A stretch of 64,000 bases of DNA from Takakia lepidozioides. Its lineage: Eukaryota > Plantae > Bryophyta. The stretch spans positions 74,028,001 to 74,092,000 of the forward strand of contig CM060732.1 of assembly GCA_030704615.1 (NCBI GenBank). Reading direction: 5' to 3'. Of the stretch, positions 22,574 through 34,981 are shown piece after piece. Position 1 is the stretch's first letter. Each line of letters starts with the position of its first letter. The position numbers were made by a program, and so were the translations under genes. Under the pieces are notes generated by a model. That model made no database searches and was not told the DNA's origin. It worked only from the letters and a program-made list of their open reading frames with translations.

Positions 22574-24695
22574 CTGGACCCACACTCTATCCCTGCTCCT
22601 TCAGCTATCCATGCCTCTGCACAAATCATGCATACATCCTTGCCCTGCTGCTAGCAGCTGACAATGACAGCCTAGATTTGTTCTAGGAAACACCCAACTC
22701 AGCTTATCACACTAGTTCCTATGCTGAATTGGGTCTGCTACTTTCTGTAATCTATCAGGCATTCACCTTTTTGCCTCGGTTGTCCCACCATTGACTGGGG
22801 TCAGAAAAGTAATCATTCCACAGCTTCTCCTCGTGTCTGTGACCTGTTTCTGGATACTTTCCTGTTGTCACATTGGCAGTATCATGACAAAGTCACTCCA
22901 AACTATCAAAGGTTCACTCAACCAGCTAACTTGCAGAATTCAACATGAAAATTTAGGGCCGATTCTGATAAGAGGGAAAAACAGGGTGAAATGTGTTGAA
23001 GTAGGTGCCTTCATTAGCAGTGCCTGATTTTATCAATTGTGCCGCTGCTGCGGCAGCTTCTAGTTGACCATCTACCCATGCAGGTTTCTTGTAGCTATTG
23101 ATCCACAGGGAATCATAGGTAATCTTGTGCTTGAAATCCGGCCCTCTTGGATGATTCTGGACCCACAATCTATCCCTGCTCCTTCAGCTATCCATGCCTC
23201 TGCACAAATCATGCATACATCCTTGCCTTGCTGCTAGCAGCTGACAATGACAGCCTAGAGTTGTTCTAGGAAACACCCAACTCAACTTATCACACTAGTT
23301 CCTATGCTCAATTGCATCTGCTACTCTCTGTAATCCAACAAGCATTCACCTTTTTCCCTCGATTGTCCCACCATTGACTGGGGTCAGAAAAGTAATCATT
23401 CCACAGCTTCTCCTCGTCTCTGTTGCCCGTTTCTGGATACTTTCCTGTTGTCACATTGGCAGTATCATGTCAAAGTCACTCCAGACTACCAAAGGTTCAC
23501 TCAACCAGTTAACTTGCAGAATTCAACATGAAAGTTTAGGGCCAATTCTGATAAGAGGGGAAAACAGGGTGAAATGTGTTGAAGAAGGTGCCTTCATTAG
23601 CAGTGCCTGATTTTATCAATTGTGCCGCTGCTGCTGCAGCTTCTAGTTGACCATCTACCCATGTAGGTTTCTTGTAGCTATCCTCCACAGGGAATCATTG
23701 GTAATCTGGAGCTTGAAATCCGGCCCTCTTGGATGAATCTGGACCCACACTCTATCCCTGCTCCTTCAGCTATCCATGCCTCTGACAGCCTAGATTTCTT
23801 CCAGCAAACACCCCAACCATACTTATCACACTAGTTCCTATGCTGACTTGCGTCTGCTTCCAACAGGCATTCACCTTTTTGCCTCGATTGTTCCACCCTT
23901 GATTGCGGTTGGAAACGTGTTCACTCCAGAGCTTGTCCTTGTCTCTGTTATCTGTTTTTCGATACTTTCCTGTTGCCACATTGGCAGTAACATGTCAAAA
24001 TTAAACCACCATAGATCCACCAACGAGCTAACTTGCAGAATTCAACATGAAATTTTAGGGACAACTCTGATAACAGGGAAAACAGGCTGAAATGTGTTGA
24101 ATAAGGAGCCTTCATTAGCAGTGCCTTGTTCTATCAATTGTGCTGCTGCCGCTGCTGTTTCCAGTTGACCATCTACCCGCGCAGATTTCTTGTAGCTATT
24201 GATCCACAGGGAATCAGAAGTAATCTTGTGTTTGAAATCCGGCCCTCTTCGATGAATCTGGACCTCTATCCCTGGTCCTTCAGCTATGCCTGCCTGTGTA
24301 CAAATCATGAATACATCCTCAGCCTTGCTGCTAGTAGCCGACACTGACGGCGTGAAGTTCTTCCAGCAAACAGCCCAACCCTACTTATTACAGTAGTAAT
24401 TCTGAATTGCATCTGCTTCTCTCTATAGTCCAACAAGCATGCACCTTTTTGTCTCCACTGTCCCACCATTGACTGGGGTTGGAAAAGTGTTCATTCCAAA
24501 GCTTCTCCTCATCTCTGTTATCTGTTTTTGGATACTTTCCTGCTGCCACATCGGCAGTAACTTGTCAAAGTCACTCCAAACCACCACAGATCCACCCAAC
24601 GAGCTAACTTACAGAATTCAATATGCATCTCAGACCCGAGCCTGATGAGAGGGCAAAACAGGTTGAAATAGGTTGAAGAAGAAGGTGCCCTCACC
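22445..24695. repeat. Tandem duplication of four exon-intron units (periods 583, 583, 518 bp)
   Basis: The anchor ttgaccatctaccc occurs at 22481, 23064, 23647 and 24165. Confidence 0.95.
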
Positions 24696-25176
24696 ACATT
24701 GTCCTTGACCTTGTGTCATGACCCATGGAGGATTTGACCGACCATCAACCCAAAAGGACCTCTTGTGTGTGCTGCTTGTGTCTGTAGTGAGGCAATGTCG
24801 GATTGGTCTGTGAGAACCACCACGGTACAACTGAGCAGGCAGAGATTGAAACACGGCTTGCTAAGACCAAGCTGACTCTTCCAAGAACCTTGTAAACATC
24901 AGGAAGAATACCATGGTACTAACAGGAGCCAAGAGCCCACATTTGCAGGATGGACAAACTTCTTCACATCGTTCATTAAGAAAAGCCACACCTTGCGATT
25001 GCGGTTGTCCCACCATCGTGAAGGATCTTTAAAAAACTCATGCCAGCTCTGCTCCGTGCTTCAAGGTAGAGGTTTGTGCTGGAAAATCCGAGAGCATCAA
25101 CATTTTGACAAGGTCCTTTACGGAGGGGTGCTAGTGAGCTTTCAACAACATTCATGCAAGTTGTTTTGGGCTCCAT
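22767..25176 (-). CDS. Putative upstream exons of the PPR-DYW gene encoding five OSB-type PDF motifs. Exons c.25176-24992, 24807-24695, 24539-24445, 24257-24110, 23969-23875, 23738-23592, 23444-23350, 23156-23009, 22861-22767.
   Basis: Four 95-nt exons (e.g. EEKLWNDYFSDPSQWWDNRGKK) end at AAG|gt and splice in frame to IHPRGPDFKHKITYDSLWINSYKKPAWV. A more divergent first copy reads SWHEFFKDPSRWWDNRNRK|TNPTLPHYRHK..KRSFWVDGRSNPPWV. Copies 1 and 3 carry frameshifts, and three internal donors would be GC. Confidence 0.7.
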
Positions 25177-25544
25177 TGGGCTCTACACGATGAGGAACAA
25201 CGAACATGTCCAGACTTACACAGATGCTAACCCAGCTTACGTTTGCAGTCCGGAGATTGTAGAGTGGTCTCAGAAAACGACCAGGGAGGAAGGCGTGGAG
25301 CAGCGAATCTGTTGCCCTGGGTCTTTTCTCACGTTCCAATATGTACCGCAAAGTCGTTCAAAATGTCAAAAGTCAAAACTTGACCTAATTTTCCTTTTAA
25401 TTTGGAGGACCTTAACCCCACCACAACTTTCCTCCTGTTTTTGGAGGGGTTCCTTGCTTATACCAGTAGGTTCGTGGTAGGAAGAAATCTTATTTTTGTG
25501 TTCTAGTAGTTTTTTTTTTAATCTGGTACCAGGCTGGTATCAAC

Positions 25545-26693
25545 CAGTGTTGGGCGGTTATCAGGTTTTCGTGAGCTCCTCCGGTGCAGGTCCTTTGCCA
25601 ATTGCCCCTTCTTTAGAACCTCCGGAGGCGGTTAAATGGACAAAAGAAAAAATTAAATAACCTGCCGGAGGCTGTTCTTTGATGTTTTCAAAAAACCTGG
25701 TTAAGTTCAATTCCGGTTATTAAAGACCTTTGCAGCACAGGCAGTTTTTGGAACCGATTCTGGAAGTTCAATATACTTCATAACCGGTAGATAACTGGCG
25801 GTCCTTAAAACGGTTATATTGCGGTCATGTAAATGAACTATTCATAAAATAAAAATTTACATATATTGAAATGATGAAAATATTTCAAAAAAAAACTTAA
25901 ATAAATGCCAAGCAGGGATTGACCAGCCATGCAAGATGGTTAGCCCTTGAACTGGATCATCCAGATGATCAATAATGGACATCTTAGTTACCAGATTGGT
26001 TTCAAATAGATTTTTTCATTATGTAGGGTAAGTTATTCAATGATTTGAAGAAATATTACGGCATCCATCAAAACCTTCTTCACATACACTGATTTTTGTA
26101 TATCCTACACACTCTAGGCAACTACCATAATCCCATGGCAAGGATTTTCATTTACTCCTCCATACTTCCACCATAGATCATAGAGGCCAGTGCATGCTCC
26201 ATAGATCCTAACCTAAACCAACATAATAACAAAATGGAAAGAGGGGCCCGCATCCTACCTCAATAGCTTGAGAGGTGGTTGCCGCCCTTCCACACCTAAT
26301 TAATTACGTACTCCAGCAGCCGCCTCACAATGAAGGGAGGTTTACTACGGATCTTCTTAGCCACCATGAAAAGACGAAAAGCATTCTTCACACCAAACCT
26401 AATGGCTAAACTTGTTTCTAAACCCTATCGCATTCACTTTTTTTTCACTTATCCTTTCTGATGTGTCACATTAATCTTAGCAAGGGTATATGCTGACACT
26501 ATTTATTGATAACCGGGTCCTTTTTTAAGGTCATGGCCGGATACCAATAAATAAAAAACCAAACTTGCTCGCCAGTTCCCGAAGCCCGTCGGTCATTTGC
26601 ACCTCCTCCGGTATATATATATATATATATATATATAACCAGTCTAATAACAGGCGGTTATAACCGGCCAAAGTTCATAACCGCCCAACATTG
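25545..26693. mobile_element. Non-autonomous hAT-family element
   Basis: 17-bp TIRs CAGTGTTGGGCGGTTAT / ATAACCGCCCAACATTG (1 mismatch). 8-bp TSD GTATCAAC / GTATCAAT. Internal (TA)n near 26612-26637. Confidence 0.85.
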
Positions 26694-27449
26694 GTATCAA
26701 TTATCAACAATGCACTTCATGAAAAAATGGAGGTTTGATATCAAGAATGGTCCTCGAAAGTATTCTTGCAAAATATCAACAACGGTTATCAATACTTTAA
26801 GTGCAGAAACCTGTCACTTTTGTAAAATACTTGAAGAGCCAATCTGCAGATCATCGGGGAGCTCAACATGTTGTTGCCTATCGTCAATGCCTAGCTTCAA
26901 ATCCACAGTACATGGCAATGCTAATCCTACCATATCTGCCGTAGTTGCTATGGAAGCTCATACCAAAAGCTGCAACATAACTGTAAAGACAGGTAACAAC
27001 ACATGTCCTATTGCCGTAAGCGAGGCGGGTAGGGTTCCTCCCGATCACTCTGGCAAGCCCTGACCGCGGGGCCTGTTCTACATGGAATTTTCAAGTTTCA
27101 AGAACCTTCTGGTAGGTTTAGCTTATATCCGGGTTGTTACCCGGGTTAATAAACCGGTGGACCCTCAATACCAGTCCAACACTGGTCGTAAGGTCCTGTC
27201 AGGCTGGCAGGTGATCTTACAAATTTGTAAGGGTCTGTTGTTCAATATTTCTTTTACATACTTCTTTTCGTCACGATTTGTTTTCTTTTATATTTCTTTA
27301 GAACTGAATTTTCTTTCCATGACACTAAAATGACGCAAAAATCCAAAAGAATTATAAGTGGAGAAATCAAGTTGTAAGAAAATTCAGCCTCAAATTCAGT
27401 ATATGTGCTGAATTTTGCTAAAGAAAGCATTTGTTTGTGCCTTTTCATA

Positions 27450-28200
27450 AACCCCCCCACTGACACGGGTTCTATTGGCTTAATCAATGTCTATGCCCTG
27501 AACTCGGGTTTGGATGGGGCGCGAGTTGGGTGTCTTATCATAGGTAAAATCCTTGAATGCCCATTGGTTGACCATTGGATTTTGGCTGGTGGTTTTAACA
27601 TGATAGAATCTCCTAAGGCTGGGTTGGGGGTTCATTCTCCTGATCTTTGCACTCCGGAAGCTATTGAATGGGAAACACTCATTTTATGTGTGGGTCTTGC
27701 AGACAGCTATTTCTTTCCTCTTTCTACCGCCTTCTCCTAGACCAAAAATTGGGCTCCGCCGGGTTTATGCATGTCTAGACTCGACCGTATTTATTTTTCC
27801 TCTTCTCTGGTGTCTTGGTTCTAATACATGCCTATGTGTCCCATGCTTTGCGGACTTTGATCATGCTGAAGTTTCAGCTCAGATGTCAACTCCTGGACCT
27901 AGGGCTAGAGGTCGTGGGTTGAGTAGGCTTAACATATGTATTCTTTCTAACCAGGCCAATTTGGATGCTCTCAAGGATTGCTGGTCCAACTCCAAGAGCT
28001 TGATGTCTGTCGTGAGCTTGGTTTAAAGCTGACCAGAGAAGCTGCTCAGAACAATTCTAGATATGAGAAGGTTTTGATTAAATGTTTGAAAGTCTACCAG
28101 AAACAGATTGAAAATGACCATCACGGTCCTCAGACTCTTTATTTCCCTAATGGAGACTAAATCCAGACTGGCAGCGCTACACCTGTCTAAAGCTAGGGGA
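27450..28200 (+). mobile_element. Degenerate LINE (L1-like) ORF2 AP-endonuclease fragment
   Basis: LINVYA, WILAGGFNMIE, SRLDRIYF and DFDH motifs across frameshifts. Confidence 0.8.
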
Positions 28201-29249
28201 GGCCACTTCCAAATAATCCGGAACTACGTGCAAAAAAAATATAGGGTACAATATATTCTTGGCAGATAAAATTTATAAAACAATTACAAATAAATATGGG
28301 TACCAATAAATCGTGGTTTCAAGATTTAAATTAATATAGGGTGTCAAATATAGAAGTTTTTTTTTTTTTTTTTTACAACTACCAAAAGGGTCCCGATAAA
28401 TACCTGGGACACGTGTTGTCTAGTTATTGGTTTAATCAGGTGGACTATCATGTTTGTGGGGGATACAGATGTTTGTATGTAGGTAAGGGCTCTACCTGCC
28501 CACCACGACATCTACTTGTCCGTCGCCATGTCAACAACACAATCATCTTCTGTTAAAGCAACTCTGCGAAGAAATAAGTTAGGGGGGGTTGTAAGGGTCA
28601 GCCAACATCTGTAGTTGATGGTGTAGATGAAGGTACGTGGTGAATAGGAAGGATTCAGAAAATGAGATGGTTTCGCCGTACAGGCAGTCTGCCGCTTCCT
28701 GGCAGTAAAAATACTGGTGGTGCCCCCAGGGGGTTTTTGGCCCTGCCACTGGGTCATAGATCATCTGGAGTTTCCTCCTACATACTCTACATCGCTAAGG
28801 AGTTCAAAACTTCGCCGGGAAGCTCTTTCACCCGTCGTTTGCTCCAATGCAGCACTTGCTTTGTCGCGATATTTCATCGCTGTACAGATTGTTTCCTCCA
28901 ATTGCCAAGACTCCTCGTCGCGTGCTCCTACTGGACTTGAAATGCGGGAGAATAGAGAGATCGCAATCCGGGACTGGAACAGTCGCCATGTATTGTTTCG
29001 AACAAGTGCATGTTGTCGTTACTGGTACCGAATTGGCAGCCTAACTCGCTGTCGATGCAGCTCCCTACGGTCATTTTGACGCTAGAGCTCCTCCATGGTC
29101 GTCTCAGACATAATCTAAATTCCTATGTGCTTCACCAACGATTCCCAGATAACTCACAAGTTGCCCTGCTTTGGCAGTACAATGCCTAAACTGTCTGCCT
29201 TAAGATCAAAAACGATCTGAAAAGAAATATGTACCAATATATGCATCTA

Positions 29250-30645
29250 CAGATAGCCCCCAACATATCAAGAAATATCGTGATTTCAGCGAGAGTAAGA
29301 ACATACGGTGCTGCTAGTTTCATAATACGTGAAGGGTTTTGTGGATCAGCCCGAAGCCACAAGTGACGTCTGATGCTGATTACCTCCACGTCGTTCCTCA
29401 CCAAGTCACCGTGTCCTTCCATCCGAAAATCGTCTTTAACATGTTTTCACAAAAATTCTTTTCGCAATGCATGGGATCCAATAAGTAGTGTTGCAACAGA
29501 TCGTGCAATTGGTGACACCATTTCAGGAACATTCCGACAGATTGCAGTCCTATCCAAATCAGATTTCTTTATGAGCACTATATACTTCCATGTCTAAAGT
29601 GGCTGTGATGCATGACAGTCCCTCCTCAGTGGTTCAAACAACTCATTTAGTGCATTATTAGCCTCTCAAGTGATGTCAACAACTTCCTGAGCATCATGGA
29701 CACTACCTCTTACCACTCCACGAGTTATTAATGTGAAGTCCAAATTACATGTAGTACTGCAACTTTACCACTTGGAAAGTAAGAAGTAACCAGTACAGGG
29801 GCCCTACCTTTTCCATTTACAAATAACGTTGAACTCAAACAAGTACAAGTGCAGGGGGTACCTTCCAGTATGGTAAATCCCATAGGCAGCTACGCCTTTT
29901 GATACCATGAACCTTGGTTGGATGAACTTCAGCATCAGAAAAAGCAAGGGGGTCAAGGTCATAACCTTCAGCCTCAACACCAGCAGCTTCTTGTTCAACC
30001 GGTGTGAACGGATGTGGCTTCGCACACATCTCCACCTGTCCATTGAAGTGTATGCGGTTCCTGCGGTATGGATGGGCCTGAGGGAGGAGCCTGCGGTGAC
30101 CTTGATAGACAGTTTTGCCCAAAACTTTAGAGTGTCTTGCATCTACATAAGGACGGCATACTGGACACCCTTTGTAGCCTTTTGTGACACATCCTGCAAG
30201 TAGGCCATAAGCAGGAAAATCGTGGATGCTCCACAGTAGTATGGCGCGTAGTATGAAGGTTCTCTCACCAACAGGTTTGCATATGTCATATGCCCGAACC
30301 CCCCTCCACAAAACAAGTAACTCCTCCATCATTGGTGCTAAGTACACATCTATGTGCTCACTTGTAACTGACTGCTCTCCTGGAATCAAGAGAGTAAGCA
30401 TGACAAAGAACTTCTTTGTAGTGAACCAGGGAGGTAGGTCGTATACCAGCGTCAACACTGGCCATGTTGACCAGCAATTGTTCTTATCACCAAACAGGTT
30501 GACTCCATCGAAGGAAAAACCAAGCCTTACATTGCGAGGATCTGCTGCAAAGTCGGGCCAAGTAGCATCAATGTGTTTCCAAGCCTTTGAATCAGCTGCA
30601 TGGCGCACAAGGCCATCGTTGCTTGAATTCCGACTGTGCCAGGTT
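29250..30645 (-). mobile_element. CACTA/En-Spm TnpD transposase (Transposase_21 type), truncated
   Basis: RHAADSKAWKHID..WPDFAADPRNVRLG...DG, STWPV...LPPW, IDVYLAP..EEL..LW.GV, LLWSIHDFPAYG...GYKGCP, LLDPMHCEKN. Confidence 0.92.
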
Positions 30646-31736
30646 TCTTTTTAGGAAAATGAATGGCTCATGAAATGTATATGCTTACAGTGACTGAGAT
30701 AGCCATGTTCTTGCGAGTAGTGCTTGCTCGTATGTTTTCACTGCTATGATTACCTTCAGGCTAGCAGTGGGTTTGAGGAAATGACATATGCAGAAAATGG
30801 ATTCTAAAACATTAGCTGATATGGTCCTACAACCAGCCTGTCATGGTACCTTAAGATACTTTTCCATGGCCTAACCTGGTCCTGATACACCTTGCTAGGT
30901 ACTATGATGTTCTTACTTTTTTTAAATTAAGCAAGAAAGCTGATAAACTATTTTAGAACACAGACTATATCATGAAACATCATGATATCTGTTTGTCCTG
31001 GCTTATGTCATTGTGTCACCAGTATACAATATATAAACTGGCAGAAATTTGTTGTCTCACTTGGTACTTGAAGTGTTTATCTAAGGTCTGGTGTACTATC
31101 TTCAAACATACAACCTGGTTTGTGTGTTGTACAATCTACATAGAAGATGGTGAGTGGTTTATATAACCAAGCCTATTACTACTATGATTTGGCTTGTGAA
31201 CTTAAGGCATGAGTGGCTGATTGTTTCATTTCGAACCTGATATGCTTTGAGCTTGGTTCCGGAGATTTATCTCCAGACCTGCAATCTGCTTTTGTGATGA
31301 GTTTACAATCTGCATATATGGTGGTAAATATTATATATCAAACCAAGGTTCTTTCCTAAATGTGAATGACCTGGAAACCTTGTTAGAAAGATGAATGGCT
31401 TACGAATTGGACTATGTATGGCTTGACCCATGGATTAAATTTCAAGGGGTTAGAACATGTGTTAGGGTTTTAATACTGAATGGATGTGGGACATTGCTAG
31501 GGCGCTAAAGCATGATATTCCATGCATTCACGCCATTGGATGCCAAACTTTTTTTGGCACGTTGGGCCAAGGTTTGTATGCGTTCACAAACTGCCGACCT
31601 TGCTCGTTGCCCGGTTGACCTTCTTTTCCATAATTGCTAATTTTGTGGGGTGGAGGGGCTTGTGTTAGGCTGCATCAAAGCGCGCAAAGGAAGGGGGGAC
31701 TGAGGCTGTGGCAAATGCTACTGGTCCACCTACGAC

Positions 31737-33867
31737 ATGGGTGCAACAAGGCCCGAATGGCCCATGGGTGCAATCCAAAGGTGGGCAAACGTGGCTGCAG
31801 CAAGGACCACCTACCTGGCAACAGCCCATGGCCCCTCCACAGACGACGAACACGTGGTCATGGATTCCAAGTGGGTCCAATGGAGGACCCCAAGTAGCTT
31901 GGGCCCTCCATGCAACGCCGCCGGTGGGCAGTGGGCAGGCCCCCCTTTTAATGGTGCTACTCCTCCATTCACCCCCCATGCTGATGATGATCAAGATTCC
32001 ACACAGCAAGGGGATGTGGCGTCGCAGGCTGCAAACAAAAAAAGACAAAAAAGGCTGGCTGCAAAAGAACATGAAACTGATACGAAAGCCCGCAAATCTG
32101 TTGGGCTGAAGCCGCACAAGATACAACTGAACTCTAAGGGGGAAGTAGACCAGGGGTGTGAGGGGAAGGATTACTGGCAGAGCTCCTTGCGGGGACTCTG
32201 CATCAGATATCTTGATCCTAGCATTTTGCTAGCAGACAAGCAGGAACCCAGTGACATGGCCAAGGTTAAGGAATCCATGGACGAGGATTGTGAGTACTAT
32301 CCTAAGCTTATGAGCGTTGACAAGTTCCAGAAAGCATGTGGGAGGATTATAAAAGTACACCGCCAAAAGTTAAAGCTGGTGTGGAAGGCTGGAGGTCCAT
32401 GCCTTCCAAGTGTAGAATCCTACCATTGGGATGCATTGGTGAAGTACTGGGAGTCCCCCAAGGGAAAGAAAGAGAGTGAGAACATGAAGGGAGCACGATC
32501 CAATGTTATCAACCCATCGAGGGTTGGAAGAGCAGGGTTGGCTGGACAGGCCCGACGCTTGGTAATATGAATATCAACACCACATTTTAGTATATGTATA
32601 CATCTATATGTATATACATATATACATATGTATGTGATGGAGTAGGATACCATCTATGCCCTGTGAGGTAGTTGCAAACTGTCACTACAGTCATGCCTCT
32701 GTAAACGCCCCACTTGTTTGGATGAATAGGGGCTAATTTTTTTTTTTTTGTGGCCCTGGCAGAAGAAAGAGAGAGCACGAAGTCCAAGCATCACTGAGCT
32801 GGCACGCGCATCAAAGGCGGACAAGGGTTTTGGCTCCCAGTCAATTGGAGGTGCACAGGTAAATGGCGTGTGGATTTTTTTTTTATTTTTTTTATTTTTG
32901 CATTCATTTTGCTGGAGCAGTAGTCAGGCCATGCCGGCTGATTATGTCTCTTTCTTTGGCTGTTTAGGGAGGGGGCAGTGCGATGCAGTCTCGACTGTCG
33001 TCCCTTAAGGGCAGTGTGCTTGCCTTGGCAGACGTTCAGATCCCAACGATTGAGGGCGAATTGGCCACTATAAAAGCAAAAGTTGCTAAGGCTTCTGCGG
33101 ACAATAACAAAAAACTGGATGCATTGATGCAATGATGTTGGGGATGTCAGCAACCGCCCCTCCTCCAACTACTATCCCAATATGTACTGTTATTGAACCT
33201 TGCGATTCCGACGCAAGCTTGGGAGGCAAGACTGCTACGGAGAAGGTGGTTTGTGCACCTTCACCCCAACTTATTTTTGTGTTTGTCATCCATTCAGTGT
33301 TAGTTGACTTTGAAGTTTACTGCTCTGGTATTTTTGCTTGGGTACAGGGAGAACCTCTTGAGGTTGGGGAAAAGCCAAAGTCGTCTGTCATTGAGGACCT
33401 TGTGGTGACCCAAGTAAAATTGGGGCGTAAGGGAATTCCTGATAAATTGCCACGTAAGAAGGGAGGTGGAGCTGGCGGGATAGCAATATTGGCTGCTGGT
33501 GAGGACGTCTGCTCCACCGAGAGTGTTGATAAGGGTGACAGTAGGGGTTTGGCAGATCAGCATGTGAAGTGGGTTTTATGGTGGGTGCTATGTGCAGCTT
33601 AAGTTGAAAGACAAAATCAGCCTGTATGATCCTCATTTACCACGACACAAGGCTGTTAGTGGAATTGTCACTGGTGTGCCTGGAAAATACACATATCACT
33701 GCCGTGTTATACCTGAAGGATTGTGGCGGGTTGAGGTGAATGATATCTATATTGCCAATTGTGTCTTGCCTCACCCTAACGAGGAAGAGGTCCCACCGCA
33801 AACAATGTTGGAGGATGTCGTCGGTCTGAATTGTCTTTGGCCAGAGAAGAACATGAAAGAGGCTTAG
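31737..33867 (+). mobile_element. CACTA second gene (TnpA/Ptta-like), multi-exon
   Basis: HWDALVKYWESPKGKKESENMKGARS (Transposase_24-like) and a C-terminal YHCRVIPEGLWRVEV...LPHP...LWP (Tnp1/En-Spm-like) domain. Confidence 0.8.
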
Positions 33868-34079
33868 TTAGAATTCATTTGCCTGGGCGTAGACATTGCT
33901 GGCAGTGAGAAGAAGGTAGGAAAGCAGTTCAGTGTTCCTAGCATGCATGCGGAGACACCCTGTAGAAGTTAGGCTCAGACTTTTATCATGGCTGGATTTT
34001 GTTGACAATGTTCAAGCACTTACTCTCTGGGATTCTATTCTATTTGTGGAGCTTGAATCCCCAATGGTACTTCTTTCAC

Positions 34080-34955
34080 TACATTAGTGGTATGTGTTCC
34101 GCTAGTCATGTTCATAATCACTTGCACATCACTGTAATAGTGGTATAATTTAAAAATGTGGGAGTAGCCAAATGCACACAATTGCCCACATTACCACTCA
34201 TATAGTGGTATAAGTAATCACCTATATATTATCGTATTAGTGGTATGAATTCCTCCAGTGGTATTCCTAATCACTTACACACCACTTAGTTAGTAATCAC
34301 TCCAATCCATAATTCCCACTCAGAGAGACACCATGGATGACTCAAACAACTTACATACCACTCTATGGGTAATCATTCCAATGACCTGCTGAGAGACATC
34401 ATCCACTCACATAACCACGCTGTGAATGATATTGTATATTCTCAGTTTTCATATAATGACTATATGAGTCATTTCGTGATCACTCAACGAGTGGTTTCGG
34501 AAGTCATTGAATTTTTCACTCCATCCATTTCGTAGCACTGACACACGACACGTGTCCATGCTGAGAGTATCGCCACGTGTCGACATAATCTCCAATATCA
34601 TCCAAGGAGCACCGGCTTACACGTGTCCACTGCAAAACGGAAGTGATTACCTTACCACTATGACACGTCAGTTTACCATTGTGACACGTCATAAGTGGTT
34701 AGTTTACCTCTGTGACACGTCATTGACATGTCATAGTGGTTAATTTACCACTATGACACGTCAGCTAACATGTGGACCCGGACGTGAGTGGTTCGAACCA
34801 CTGTCATTAACCACTAGTGCCACGTAATGTCTTTTACCACTCACTTGACCTAATCCTCTGGTTCTTCAACACTCTGGGGCCAGAGTGGTTTAGTGTCTTT
34901 TACCACTCATAATGAGTGGTTAATATGGTGGTTATTCCACGTTTTTCTTCTAGTG
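34080..34955. mobile_element. CACTA right terminus with subterminal repeats
   Basis: Many ACCACT/AGTGGT and GACACGT words, ending in GTTTTTCTTCTAGTG at 34955 (reverse complement CACTAGAAGAAAAAC). The partner TIR was not found. Confidence 0.8.
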
Positions 34956-34981
34956 ACTGCCCCATCCCTTATATGGTCACT

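Noticed and set aside
22574-22585. ORF-track start MWVQ for the PPR protein
   Set aside because: It is a GTG in the last 12 nt of an intron, with an in-frame TGA just upstream.
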